In this document: positions 9,382-17,920 of the stretch, one piece after another
How the letters are laid out: each line of letters opens with the position of its first letter
Position numbering within the stretch: the stretch's first letter is position 1
Source: Candidatus Micrarchaeota archaeon
GTDB taxonomy: Archaea; Micrarchaeota; Micrarchaeia; Anstonellales; Anstonellaceae
Direction: 5' to 3'
Length of the DNA: 64,000 nt
Assembly: GCA_026413965.1 (NCBI GenBank)
Contig: JAOAJY010000001.1
Span: forward strand, 57,642-121,641
Position numbers and translations under genes: made by a program
Notes under the pieces: generated by a model
What the model was told of the DNA's origin: nothing
Seen by the model: the letters and a program-made list of their open reading frames with translations, nothing else
The model's database searches: none

Positions 9382-10386
9382 ATGCGAGAGGCAGAGCTTT
9401 ACAGGAGGATGCCTGGGGACGCTGTCTCCTGCTTTTTGTGCCAGAGAAGATGCTACATAAAGGATGGGGAAATAGGGCTTTGCAGGGTGAGGAAAAATGT
9501 TGGCGGAAAGCTTTACTCGCTTAATTGGGGCAAGTGCGTTTCGTATGCAGTAGACCCTATTGAAAAAAAGCCCTTTTACCATTTTTTCCCAGGCTCCCAG
9601 GTTTTCTCGTTTGCCGCCCCAGGCTGCAACTTCAAATGCGAGCACTGCCAGAATTGGGAGATTTCCCAGCCTGTGGAGATTTTCGGGCAGGATTTGCCTC
9701 CTGAGAAGCTGGCGCAGATGTCCCTCCGCGCCAAAGCAGAGGGCATCGCCTACACCTACACTGAGCCGACCATATTTTTTGAGTATGCGAAAGACACCGC
9801 CAAGCTGGCACGGAAAAAAGGGCTTTACAATGTGTTTGTCAGCAACGGATACATGACTCCGGAGGCTATTGGGGAGATGGATTTCCTTGACGCAGCAAGG
9901 CTGGACTTGAAAGCCTTCACAGACAAGTTCTACAAAGAAGTTTGCGGAGGGGCATATCTTGAGCCTGTCTTGAAGTCAATAAGGCTGCTCCACAAGAAGA
10001 TGCATATTGAGATAATAACGCTTCTTATCCCCACCCTAAATGATTCTGAGGAGGAAATCCGCGCCCTTTCAAGGTGGGTAAGGGACCTTGACAGGGCAAT
10101 ACCTTTGCACTTCACAGGATATTACCCTGCCAACCGAATGACTTTGCCGCCCACACCGGTAAAAACTTTGGACAGGGCAAGGGAAATAGCCATGGAGGAG
10201 GGCCTGCTTTATGTATACACCGGCAATCGTCCAGGAGACCCCGGGGAGAACACCTACTGCCCAAAGTGCGGCTTCAAGTTGATTTTGAGGATGGGCATGC
10301 GGATGCTGGAGAACCGGCTGGTTGATGGCAACAAGTGCCCAAATTGCAGCCAGAGGATTCCAGGAGTATTTAGAAAAGGCCGATAG
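9382..10386 (+). CDS. AmmeMemoRadiSam-system-type radical SAM enzyme (PFL-activase-like)
   Basis: It has the CNFKCEHCQNWEIS CX3CX2C cluster, an N-terminal Cys motif CFLCQRRCYIKDGEIGLCRVR, and a C-terminal CPKCG...CPNC. Confidence 0.8.
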   Translation: MREAELYRRMPGDAVSCFLCQRRCYIKDGEIGLCRVRKNVGGKLYSLNWGKCVSYAVDPIEKKPFYHFFPGSQVFSFAAPGCNFKCEHCQNWEISQPVEIFGQDLPPEKLAQMSLRAKAEGIAYTYTEPTIFFEYAKDTAKLARKKGLYNVFVSNGYMTPEAIGEMDFLDAARLDLKAFTDKFYKEVCGGAYLEPVLKSIRLLHKKMHIEIITLLIPTLNDSEEEIRALSRWVRDLDRAIPLHFTGYYPANRMTLPPTPVKTLDRAREIAMEEGLLYVYTGNRPGDPGENTYCPKCGFKLILRMGMRMLENRLVDGNKCPNCSQRIPGVFRKGR

Positions 10387-10387
10387 G

Positions 10388-11737
10388 CTAAACCCCAAGC
10401 TGGCGGAGATGCGCAATCCTCTTTTGCACAAGTGCGGGCGTGCCGATGTCTTTCCTGTGCCAGACTTTGCCTGATATCGCCAAGCAGGCTTCCTCTGCCA
10501 TCCTTTCGGCTTGGCTTATGCTGTCCGCAACCCCCACCAAGGCAATTGAGCGGCTGGATTGGGTATAAACCACCCCTTCTTTCTCATGAACCGAGGCGAA
10601 GAAAACTTTCGCCCCTGATTTCTTCAGCCTAGCATGGTCAAAGGAGAGGGGCTGGTTTGCTGTTGGCTTGCCGGGATAGCCTTCAGGCACCAGGTATTTG
10701 CAGACGGTTGCCTTGCTTTCAAATTCCGGGGCATTCCGGATTTTGCCGTCGGCCATCTGCTGAAAGATTGATAGAAGGTCGCTTTGCAAGACCGACAGGA
10801 CGTTCATGGCTTCTGGGTCTCCAAATCTGGAATTGAACTCAATCAGCCTCACTCCCTTGGCAGTTATCATGAACCCTCCGTAAAGAACGCCGACATAGCG
10901 CTCCCCTGTCTTTTTGCGGAAAGCCTCGATGGTCTTCTGCATGATTTCAATCGCCTGCTCATAGTGGGCTTTTTTGGCGAAAGGCAATAGCGCGCCTGCG
11001 TCGGAATAAGAGCCCATTCCGCCGGTGTTGGGTCCGACGTCCCCCTCATAAGCCCTCTTGTGGTCCTGCACCATAGGCATTCCATAAACCCTGCTTCCAT
11101 CCGAGAAAGCCTGAAGGGAGAATTCCTCGCCATCAAGCTTTTCCTCTACCACAATTGAGGAAAGCCCTGATGGCTTTGAGCGTAGAAGCTCTGAGGCGTA
11201 TTCTTTCGCCTCATTTGAATCTTTGAGCTGAAAGCCTGTGACTTTCACCCCTTTGCCTCCTGTAAGCCCAGCTGGCTTGACTGCCACCTGCCCTCCAAGA
11301 GAGTCTATGAATGAATGCGCTTCTTTCTCATCCTCAAAAATCCCGAATTTTGGCGAGCCTGGGATTTTGTAATCTTTCAGAAGCTGGCGGCAGTATGCCT
11401 TGTCCCATTCAAGCCTGGCTGCCTCTTTGGTTGGAGCTGCGCACTTTATCCCCTCTTCAAGCAAGGCGTCAGACACCCCTGCTGCAAGGACGGCATCTGG
11501 GGAGGGAAAAGCCAGCTCCACAGAGTGCTTTTTCGCAAAGGAAGCCACTTCTGATGGGGAGTGTATGTCGCCCATCTGCGCTTGTCCGCCTGATTTCTCC
11601 GCAAGCCCGACAATCCCAGGGTTGTTGGCTGATACAAAGGCAAACAGCTTGGCATTTGGGTTTTTGCACACCGCCTCTGCTATGGCATGCTCCCTTGCGC
11701 CATTGCCTACCAAAAGAAACCTTGCCATATCGACCAC
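10388..11737 (-). CDS. purD: Phosphoribosylamine-glycine ligase PurD
   Basis: The 449-aa ORF has FLLVGNGAREHAIAEA, an ATP-grasp core, and EFNSRFGDPE. Confidence 0.9.
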   Translation of the reverse strand: MVDMARFLLVGNGAREHAIAEAVCKNPNAKLFAFVSANNPGIVGLAEKSGGQAQMGDIHSPSEVASFAKKHSVELAFPSPDAVLAAGVSDALLEEGIKCAAPTKEAARLEWDKAYCRQLLKDYKIPGSPKFGIFEDEKEAHSFIDSLGGQVAVKPAGLTGGKGVKVTGFQLKDSNEAKEYASELLRSKPSGLSSIVVEEKLDGEEFSLQAFSDGSRVYGMPMVQDHKRAYEGDVGPNTGGMGSYSDAGALLPFAKKAHYEQAIEIMQKTIEAFRKKTGERYVGVLYGGFMITAKGVRLIEFNSRFGDPEAMNVLSVLQSDLLSIFQQMADGKIRNAPEFESKATVCKYLVPEGYPGKPTANQPLSFDHARLKKSGAKVFFASVHEKEGVVYTQSSRSIALVGVADSISQAERMAEEACLAISGKVWHRKDIGTPALVQKRIAHLRQLGV

Positions 11738-11797
11738 AGACGAAGATTTGCTGGGAGCCTTTATAACAGTTTTATTGGCAAAAAAAACGGTGGTAGG

Positions 11798-12760
11798 ATG
11801 CCGAAGATTCTTGTCATTGGCGCTGTTGGGCAGATAGGCACAGAGCTGACCATGGAGCTGCGCAAAAAATACGGAGGGGACAACGTGGTGGCAACCACCA
11901 GGAAATCGGATTTTCCCCCTTACATGCTGGAAAGCGGCCCATGCGAAAAGTGGGATGTGCGCAACAAGGACGACATACGCAAATCGGTGAAGGCAAACGG
12001 AATAGACTGCATATACCAGCTGGCATCTCTTCTTTCCGCAAGCGGAGAGAAAGACCCGAACGCGGCTTTCGAAATCAACCTTATTGGGCTGAAAAACACC
12101 ATAGATGTGGCTTTGGAGATGGGCGTGAAAAAGATGTTTTGGCCCAGCTCAATTGCCGCATTTGGCCCAACCACGCCGCGCGACAACACACCGCAAAGAA
12201 CAGTGCTTGAGCCGACCACAATGTATGGAGCCACGAAAGTGTCAGGAGAAACCCTCCTGAACTATTACAACACAAACTATGAGCGCTTTGGAATAGACAT
12301 AAGAAGCGTGCGCTACCCAGGAATAATATCATGGAAAGCCGAGCCTGGAGGCGGAACCACGGATTATGCAGTCGCCATATTTTATGAGGCTCTCAAAAAC
12401 GGAAAATACGAGTGCTATCTCAAGCCAGACACCGCGCTTCCGATGATGTACATGCCTGACGCTTTGCGAGGCACGATAGAGCTTATGGAGGCTCCACGAG
12501 AAAGGCTGACGGTGAAAAACAGCTACAATTTTGCGGCAATAAGCTTCACCCCAAAGGAGCTTGCCGAAGAGGTGGCAAGACTTTTGCCGGGATTCGCCTG
12601 CACCTACAAGCCGGATTTCAGGCAGAAAATAGCTGATTCCTGGCCACGCTCTATTGACGACAGCCAGGCAAGGCGCGACTGGGGATGGAAGCACCATTAC
12701 GACCTTCGCAAAATGTCAAAAGACATGGTGCAAAACCTCAAGAAGAAGCTTAGTCTTTGA
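11798..12760 (+). CDS. NAD-dependent epimerase/dehydratase family protein, L-threonine 3-dehydrogenase-like
   Basis: It has the Rossmann motif KILVIGAVGQIGTEL, YGATK (YxxxK), and GGGTTDYAV. The start was moved to the ATG at 11798, because the upstream extension overlaps purD. Confidence 0.75.
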   Translation: MPKILVIGAVGQIGTELTMELRKKYGGDNVVATTRKSDFPPYMLESGPCEKWDVRNKDDIRKSVKANGIDCIYQLASLLSASGEKDPNAAFEINLIGLKNTIDVALEMGVKKMFWPSSIAAFGPTTPRDNTPQRTVLEPTTMYGATKVSGETLLNYYNTNYERFGIDIRSVRYPGIISWKAEPGGGTTDYAVAIFYEALKNGKYECYLKPDTALPMMYMPDALRGTIELMEAPRERLTVKNSYNFAAISFTPKELAEEVARLLPGFACTYKPDFRQKIADSWPRSIDDSQARRDWGWKHHYDLRKMSKDMVQNLKKKLSL

Positions 12761-12787
12761 AAAAGAAAAAAAATGAAAAGCAGGGCA

Positions 12788-13351
12788 TCATGCCCAGCCT
12801 AAAGCAGCTGCCACTTTTTCTGGAGACAGCGCCGCAGCCATGCCGGCAACTGCTCCGCTTATCACATAGGAGACTGCAATAAGGACAGCAGCCATCAGCA
12901 CTGCAACTGCCACATTGCCTTTCTTAAGCTCCTTGAACTCATCCAAGCCGACAGTTATCTTGTCAAGCACGCGGACTGCGATATAGATTGAGATTACTGA
13001 GAGTATTATGCCGATTATGAGGTTTGCGGCTCCGACAATGATTGCAGCCACCATTTGCACCAGCGACATGTTGGACTCTATGCTTTTTGTGAGCCCGACC
13101 ACGCCAGCCTGCACCACGTTGGCGATTGAGAAGACAATAGCGCCAAGCAGGATTGCGACTGCCACATTTCCTTTCCTAAGCTCAGCAAGCTCATCTATCC
13201 CTTCAGTCATCCTGTCAAACATCTTCAGCCCAAGATACACCGAGCCCATCGCCAAAGCCAGCCCAACCACAAGCTGCAGGAAAGCCATGGCTAAGCCTAA
13301 TACTACTGTCTCTATTCCCATAGAAACACCTCGGAAAAGCATCGCACTCAA
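12788..13351 (-). CDS. Membrane protein with two DUF350-like repeats
   Basis: There is an internal duplication: MFDRMTEGIDELAELRKGNVAVAILLGA and VLDKITVGLDEFKELKKGNVAVAVLMAA. The protein has multiple TM helices. Confidence 0.7.
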   Translation of the reverse strand: MSAMLFRGVSMGIETVVLGLAMAFLQLVVGLALAMGSVYLGLKMFDRMTEGIDELAELRKGNVAVAILLGAIVFSIANVVQAGVVGLTKSIESNMSLVQMVAAIIVGAANLIIGIILSVISIYIAVRVLDKITVGLDEFKELKKGNVAVAVLMAAVLIAVSYVISGAVAGMAAALSPEKVAAALGWA

Positions 13352-13408
13352 CCTTTAAATATTTTGCTTGGCAGCCTGGCTTAAAAACCAAGTGCGCAAA
13401 ATGATTGC

Positions 13409-14404
13409 ATGGCGAAGGCAAGGACCTATGCCTCTGCAGGGGTGGACATAAGAAAAGTCAAAAGCATGCATGAATCCCTGGCAGCTTCGTTTTTCTCCGA
13501 AATCCCGGATTTTGTCCTGCCAATCAAAGGCCACTATGCAGGGCTCTTCAAATCAGGCAGCCAGACTCTTGCCATACACTGCGACGGAGTAGGGAGCAAG
13601 ATATTGGTAGCAGACTGGCTGGGAAAATACGACACTGTGGGGATTGACTGTGTCGCAATGAACGTGAATGACATAATCTGCATTGGGGCAAAGCCCCTTG
13701 TCTTGGTGGATTACATTGCGCTTGCCAAAGAGGATGCGCTGCTTGTCCGGCAAATCATGAAAGGCTTGCAAGAGGGAGCAAGGCAGGCAAGATGCGCTAT
13801 AATAGGCGGGGAGACTGCCATATTGCCCGACATGATAAAAGGGGGCAAGCGCCCATTTGACCTTGCCGCCACCTGCGTGGGCGTGGTTGAAAAGAAGCCC
13901 TTGACTGGAGAGGAGATGAAGCCTCAGGACGCTGTTGTTGGGCTGGAAAGCAGCGGGCTGCACTCAAATGGCTACAGCCTCGCAAGAAGGCTGCTTGGAA
14001 AAAAGTGGTGGGGGGAGATGCTTGCCCCGACCAGGATATATGTGAAGCCAGTCTTGGAGATGCTTGAAGCCTGCCAAATACATGGGCTTGCGCACATAAC
14101 AGGAGGGGCGTTCTCCAAGCTCATGCGGATAGGCAATTTCGCAAATGTAGGCTTCAGGCTTGACCGCATGCCCAAGACTTGGGGCATAATGCGGGAGCTT
14201 GAGGAAAAGGTGAGGGATGACTATGAATTTCACCGCACATTCAACGCAGGAATCGGGATGTGCGTGGTTTGCCCCATGAAGCAGGCAGGCAGAGTCATCA
14301 GGATTGCTGGAAAGCACGGCATCAAAGCTTGGCTGATAGGCAAGGCGACAGATGAGCAGGATGTGGTTTTGGAGAAGGGAGGCAAGAAGATTTCCCTGCT
14401 TTGA
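13409..14404 (+). CDS. purM: Phosphoribosylformylglycinamidine cyclo-ligase PurM
   Basis: Family blocks are present: YASAGVDI, DGVGSK, GIDCVAMNVNDI, GGETA, and a LAHITGGAF-type block. Confidence 0.9.
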   Translation: MAKARTYASAGVDIRKVKSMHESLAASFFSEIPDFVLPIKGHYAGLFKSGSQTLAIHCDGVGSKILVADWLGKYDTVGIDCVAMNVNDIICIGAKPLVLVDYIALAKEDALLVRQIMKGLQEGARQARCAIIGGETAILPDMIKGGKRPFDLAATCVGVVEKKPLTGEEMKPQDAVVGLESSGLHSNGYSLARRLLGKKWWGEMLAPTRIYVKPVLEMLEACQIHGLAHITGGAFSKLMRIGNFANVGFRLDRMPKTWGIMRELEEKVRDDYEFHRTFNAGIGMCVVCPMKQAGRVIRIAGKHGIKAWLIGKATDEQDVVLEKGGKKISLL

Positions 14405-14407
14405 GGA

Positions 14408-14989
14408 TTAGATTCCTGCTGCTTTCGCAATCAGGAGAGCCCTGGCGCCATTAGCCATCATTTCTATTGCTATGGCAGTCAAAAACAGGCCCATTATCTT
14501 GGAGAGTATCTCCACGATTTTTTCATTCACTTTGGGAAGAAGGCAGGAGAAGATATAGAAAATGGCTCCAACTATGGCAAAGGCTGCTGAGACATCTGCC
14601 ACAATAGCCATCGGGCCGATGTCAAAAGCCTTGATGGTAAGGAATGAAATCACAGCAGGGCCTGTAAGAAGAGGAGTGGCTATGATTGCCACAAGGGAAT
14701 CCACCTCATTCACATCTTCCCGCGCAGGCTTTGGCCGGACTGTGTCCAGCCCCAAAAGGAAAAGCACCACCCCTCCTGCCAGGCGGAACGCGTCTACGCT
14801 CACCCCGTAAAGCTGGAAAAACTGAGGCCCGAAAAAAAGCACGAAAAGGGCAATGCCGTAAGCCACCACGGAAGCCTTTATGGCTATTGACCTCACATCC
14901 ATCTTTTTCTTGTAGGCTGCCATGAGGACAGGGAAAGAGGATAGCGGATTGAGCAGGGCGAACATCTGCATAATCAATGCTATATCCAC
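14408..14989 (-). CDS. MarC family (UPF0056) integral membrane protein
   Basis: The 193-aa polytopic protein has the N-terminal FALLNPLSSFPVLMA signature. Confidence 0.8.
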   Translation of the reverse strand: MDIALIMQMFALLNPLSSFPVLMAAYKKKMDVRSIAIKASVVAYGIALFVLFFGPQFFQLYGVSVDAFRLAGGVVLFLLGLDTVRPKPAREDVNEVDSLVAIIATPLLTGPAVISFLTIKAFDIGPMAIVADVSAAFAIVGAIFYIFSCLLPKVNEKIVEILSKIMGLFLTAIAIEMMANGARALLIAKAAGI

Positions 14990-15054
14990 AAAAGCACCTT
15001 TTTGAGGCTAAGCCTTTTCCTGCTGCACATTCGAATCTCAAAGTTAATAAAGGT

Positions 15055-16038
15055 TTAGAAGACCTGGTCTATTCTCCAATAGCCGTTTGGGGAAAGGCTG
15101 CCTGGCTTTTGCCTCTTGCCTCTTTTCCACTCCTGCAAGGCAGTGTAGGCAATCATTGCGCCATTGTCCGCATTCAGATCAGCTGGAGCGGCACCAAACC
15201 TTGCTCCATGCTCTTGGCATACCTCAGACAGCATGCTTCGGAAAAGATGGCTTTGGGCAACCCCGCCGCAGACCAGAACCTCCTTTTTTTTGGACAAGCA
15301 CAGCGCCCTCTCTGAAGCTTCGCATATTTCAGCAAACGCAGTCTCCATAAGCGAGCGGCATATGTCTTCGGTTTTTCTTTTCCCAATCTGCCGAAGCGCT
15401 GAGGTAAGCAGCCCTGCGAATGCGAAATTCATTCCCTTGACTGTGTAAGGAAGAGGGAAATATTCCCCTTTTTCCGCAAGCTTGGCAACCTCAGAGCCAT
15501 GCGGAGACTCAAGGCCTGCTTCCCTGGCGAACACATCAAACAAGTTCCCCAAGCCCATGTCCAAAGTCTCCCCAAGAACCACAAACCTTTGCCTGCCTTT
15601 TTTCCCTTCCACTATAAGCTGGGTGTTGGCTCCGCTCACATAAACATAAAGTGGGTCTTTCATCCCCAGCACCCCTTTGGAGACTTCAAGGTGGGCATGG
15701 CAGTGGTTGATGCCCAAGATTGGCTTTTTGTGCAAGGCGGACAGGTATTTGGCGGCTGCGCAGGAGACACGGAGACACTGCCCAATTCCTGGGCCTTGGG
15801 AAAAAGCAAACAGCCCCACTTGGCTAAGCTTTTTGCCTGATGAAACAAGCGCCTCTGACAAGACCTTCTTGAAATTCTCGGCATGATGGTCCGCGGCTTC
15901 CCGTGGGACGATGCCTTTGCCTTTTTGCGGGCGATAAGCCCGCTTGGCGTTGGCAAGAATCCGGATTTCTCCTGGCAAGCCCTCGCAAATCCCTACGCCT
16001 ATCGTGTGGGCAGTGCTTTCTATTCCAAGGCAGATCAT
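15055..16038 (-). CDS. kae1: tRNA N6-adenosine threonylcarbamoyltransferase Kae1
   Basis: It has MICLGIESTAHTIGVGI, INHCHAHLE (His pair), and VCGGVAQS. There is no fused Bud32 domain. Confidence 0.9.
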   Translation of the reverse strand: MICLGIESTAHTIGVGICEGLPGEIRILANAKRAYRPQKGKGIVPREAADHHAENFKKVLSEALVSSGKKLSQVGLFAFSQGPGIGQCLRVSCAAAKYLSALHKKPILGINHCHAHLEVSKGVLGMKDPLYVYVSGANTQLIVEGKKGRQRFVVLGETLDMGLGNLFDVFAREAGLESPHGSEVAKLAEKGEYFPLPYTVKGMNFAFAGLLTSALRQIGKRKTEDICRSLMETAFAEICEASERALCLSKKKEVLVCGGVAQSHLFRSMLSEVCQEHGARFGAAPADLNADNGAMIAYTALQEWKRGKRQKPGSLSPNGYWRIDQVF

Positions 16039-16649
16039 GCGAGCACCGAAATGGATATTGAAAGCAGATTAAAAGATGCATGGGAGATTATGGGCGGGAT
16101 GATGGAGCCTGACTTGGCAGAAAGCCAGCATAAGGCAAGCCCAAAGGCGAATGCGAAGGCCAGCTGGGCAAAGGAGCCATAGGAAATGTGCATGATGGAA
16201 AATACGGCAGAGGAGGCAGCCGCGCCAAGAAAATGCCTTGCCTCCGCGCTCTTGCGGATTGGCAAAGACTCAGACATTTTCCTGAAAAGATACCCTCTGA
16301 AAAACATCTCCTCGCCGATTGGGGAGAGAGAGACTGCGAAAATGATGGAGAGGATGGAGAGGGATTGGATTTTTTCCCTCACCTCAAAAGTATCAAGAAT
16401 GCCGAAGGCGTAAAGCAGGACTGAGCCAAGAAAGGAAATTGCGCAGAGAATGGCGAAGCCAGCAAGCCCTTGAAGCAAAAAGGGAAGAAGCTTACCGGAG
16501 TCAAGCTCAAGCCGCAGGTATGCGGCGCCTTGGCTGAGGCTTTTTCCCAAGGAGGAAAGCAGAAGGGAAAGGGAGAAAAAAAGCGCTCCGCTTGATATTA
16601 TTCTGGCTTCAGAGAAAGGCTGGGAAAAAAGCGCCACTGCTGCGGACAA
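16035..16649 (-). CDS. CPBP family intramembrane glutamic endopeptidase (CAAX protease-like)
   Basis: It has EEMFFRGYLF, FSIMHISY, and the HASFNL motifs. It shares an ATGA overlap with kae1. The track ORF runs to 16793 and would overlap the S27ae gene, so the start was provisionally set at the in-frame TTG at 16649. Confidence 0.65.
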   Translation of the reverse strand: MSAAVALFSQPFSEARIISSGALFFSLSLLLSSLGKSLSQGAAYLRLELDSGKLLPFLLQGLAGFAILCAISFLGSVLLYAFGILDTFEVREKIQSLSILSIIFAVSLSPIGEEMFFRGYLFRKMSESLPIRKSAEARHFLGAAASSAVFSIMHISYGSFAQLAFAFAFGLALCWLSAKSGSIIPPIISHASFNLLSISISVLA

Positions 16650-16689
16650 AACGCAGGCTAAAAGCAGGGCTTCTTTTGCGCCATATGGC

Positions 16690-16833
16690 TCATTTTTTCT
16701 CAAAGTAGCCGCACTTGCCACAGGCTCGCCTATCCTTGTGCTCTGCCAGACGCACCCCAGAGCCGCACTTCGGGCAGGGCTTGCGAGGAGCATAAGGTTT
16801 GATTTTCTTAGCTGGCTTTTTTTGCTCTGCCAT
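16690..16833 (-). CDS. rps27ae: 30S ribosomal protein S27ae (eS31)
   Basis: My own translation gives [47 protein letters not shown] (47 aa). It has a C4 zinc ribbon and sits directly downstream of S24e, as in the conserved archaeal pair. It falls below the ORF-track size cutoff. Confidence 0.85.
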   Translation of the reverse strand: MAEQKKPAKKIKPYAPRKPCPKCGSGVRLAEHKDRRACGKCGYFEKK

Positions 16834-16845
16834 TTCCCATCCCCC

Positions 16846-17163
16846 TCACTTTTGCGCCGGAGCCTTCTTGCCGGACTTCTTCTCCTTTTCCATCAGCCCG
16901 TCGCGAACCAAGAGGTGCTTCCGCTCAACTTCCATTGATTTTTTGTCCTTGTAAGCATGCGCAACCACTTTGCCCCTCTTGCTTCCGAATTGGCTTTTGG
17001 CAGAAACGACCACCAAAAGCTCTGGGGAAACTCCTGCCGCTGCGCATATTGCCTCCCTCAGCTGCTTTCTGGAGGGCATGCTTTTTTCAAAAGACACCTC
17101 GCACAAAATCTCATGGCGTCCAAGCGCCTTGTTCTCCTTCTTCCCAATCAAAGAAAGCTCCAT
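16846..17163 (-). CDS. rps24e: 30S ribosomal protein S24e
   Basis: The 105-aa ORF reads ENKALGRHEILCEVSFEKSMPSRKQLREAI...KVVAHAYKDK. Confidence 0.9.
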   Translation of the reverse strand: MELSLIGKKENKALGRHEILCEVSFEKSMPSRKQLREAICAAAGVSPELLVVVSAKSQFGSKRGKVVAHAYKDKKSMEVERKHLLVRDGLMEKEKKSGKKAPAQK

Positions 17164-17173
17164 GCCATCAACC

Positions 17174-17572
17174 TTAATGTATCCTTATTATCACTTTCTT
17201 GTCCATTGCGCACATAAGTTCAGCCTCTTTTCCTGCCGCCGCATCCTTCAAAAGCTCTGGCGGAATGGTAAGCTCAAACACCTCGTAGGTGTTGGTGTCC
17301 ATAAGCTGGGCAGTGTTGCCATTGACTGCGACCACCTGCGCAGTCTGCCTGTCAATGATTGGCACCTCCACATCGGCATCAGAAGGCACCAGAAGCTGCT
17401 TCTTTTGCCCGTCGAATATGCCTATGCCAGTAACCCTCATTTTAGCCGCCCCATGCTTTCCTGGCTTGGAGACATCTATGCTGACTATCCTGCACGGGAC
17501 GTCCTCAATTATGACGTATTTTCCCTCTTTCAAGTCCTTTGCTGATGAGAATATCTTGCTCATTAAAACCAC
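17174..17572 (-). CDS. eif5a: Translation initiation factor 5A (aIF5A)
   Basis: It has LKEGKYVIIEDVPCRIVSIDVSKPGKHGAAKMR (the hypusine loop) and GGTG upstream of the start. Confidence 0.95.
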   Translation of the reverse strand: MVLMSKIFSSAKDLKEGKYVIIEDVPCRIVSIDVSKPGKHGAAKMRVTGIGIFDGQKKQLLVPSDADVEVPIIDRQTAQVVAVNGNTAQLMDTNTYEVFELTIPPELLKDAAAGKEAELMCAMDKKVIIRIH

Positions 17573-17661
17573 CTTTGAGAATGTGCCAGCTTAATTTGGT
17601 CAAATCATTTAAAAAGCCGACGCCGTGGCGGCAAGGCGCAATATTCCTTGTTTTTTATCTA

Positions 17662-17704
17662 ATTACCACTATATTTTTAAACTGTTTGCGATAAAAGTGG
17701 TAAT
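17662..17704. promoter_or_regulatory. 9-bp perfect inverted repeat (ATTACCACT / AGTGGTAAT) bracketing a TATA-like box
   Basis: attaccact at 17662-17670 and agtggtaat at 17696-17704 are separated by 25 nt that contain atatttttaaa. The right arm abuts the ATG at 17705. Confidence 0.45.
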
Positions 17705-17881
17705 ATGGATAAAGAAATGGGTGAAAAGAGCTTGGCATTTGAGATGAAAGGCAACCGCCTCAAGATTCTGATAGAGGATGCTCCGCCCTATGCCATTGTT
17801 GCAGGAAGGACTTATTTTGCCTTTGAGCTTCCCTCAGTTGTTGTTGGGGGAAAGAAGTATTTTGTTGAGGGCATATTCTAG
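17705..17881 (+). CDS. Hypothetical small protein (58 aa)
   Basis: My own translation gives MDKEMGEKSLAFEMKGNRLKILIEDAPPYAIVAGRTYFAFELPSVVVGGKKYFVEGIF. It fills the gap between aIF5A and pheT, and no family was recognised. Confidence 0.35.
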   Translation: MDKEMGEKSLAFEMKGNRLKILIEDAPPYAIVAGRTYFAFELPSVVVGGKKYFVEGIF

Positions 17882-17920
17882 CACTGCAAAGCTTTTAACA
17901 TTCTTATCCATATAAGCCTC

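Noticed and set aside
17573-17661. A possible small structured RNA or terminator (GCCGACGCCGTGGCGGC) lies in the aIF5A upstream gap.
   Set aside because: The stem is short and imperfect, there are no C/D or H/ACA boxes, and the region is sufficiently explained as the aIF5A promoter (TTTTTAAATGA plus GGTGG before the ATG).
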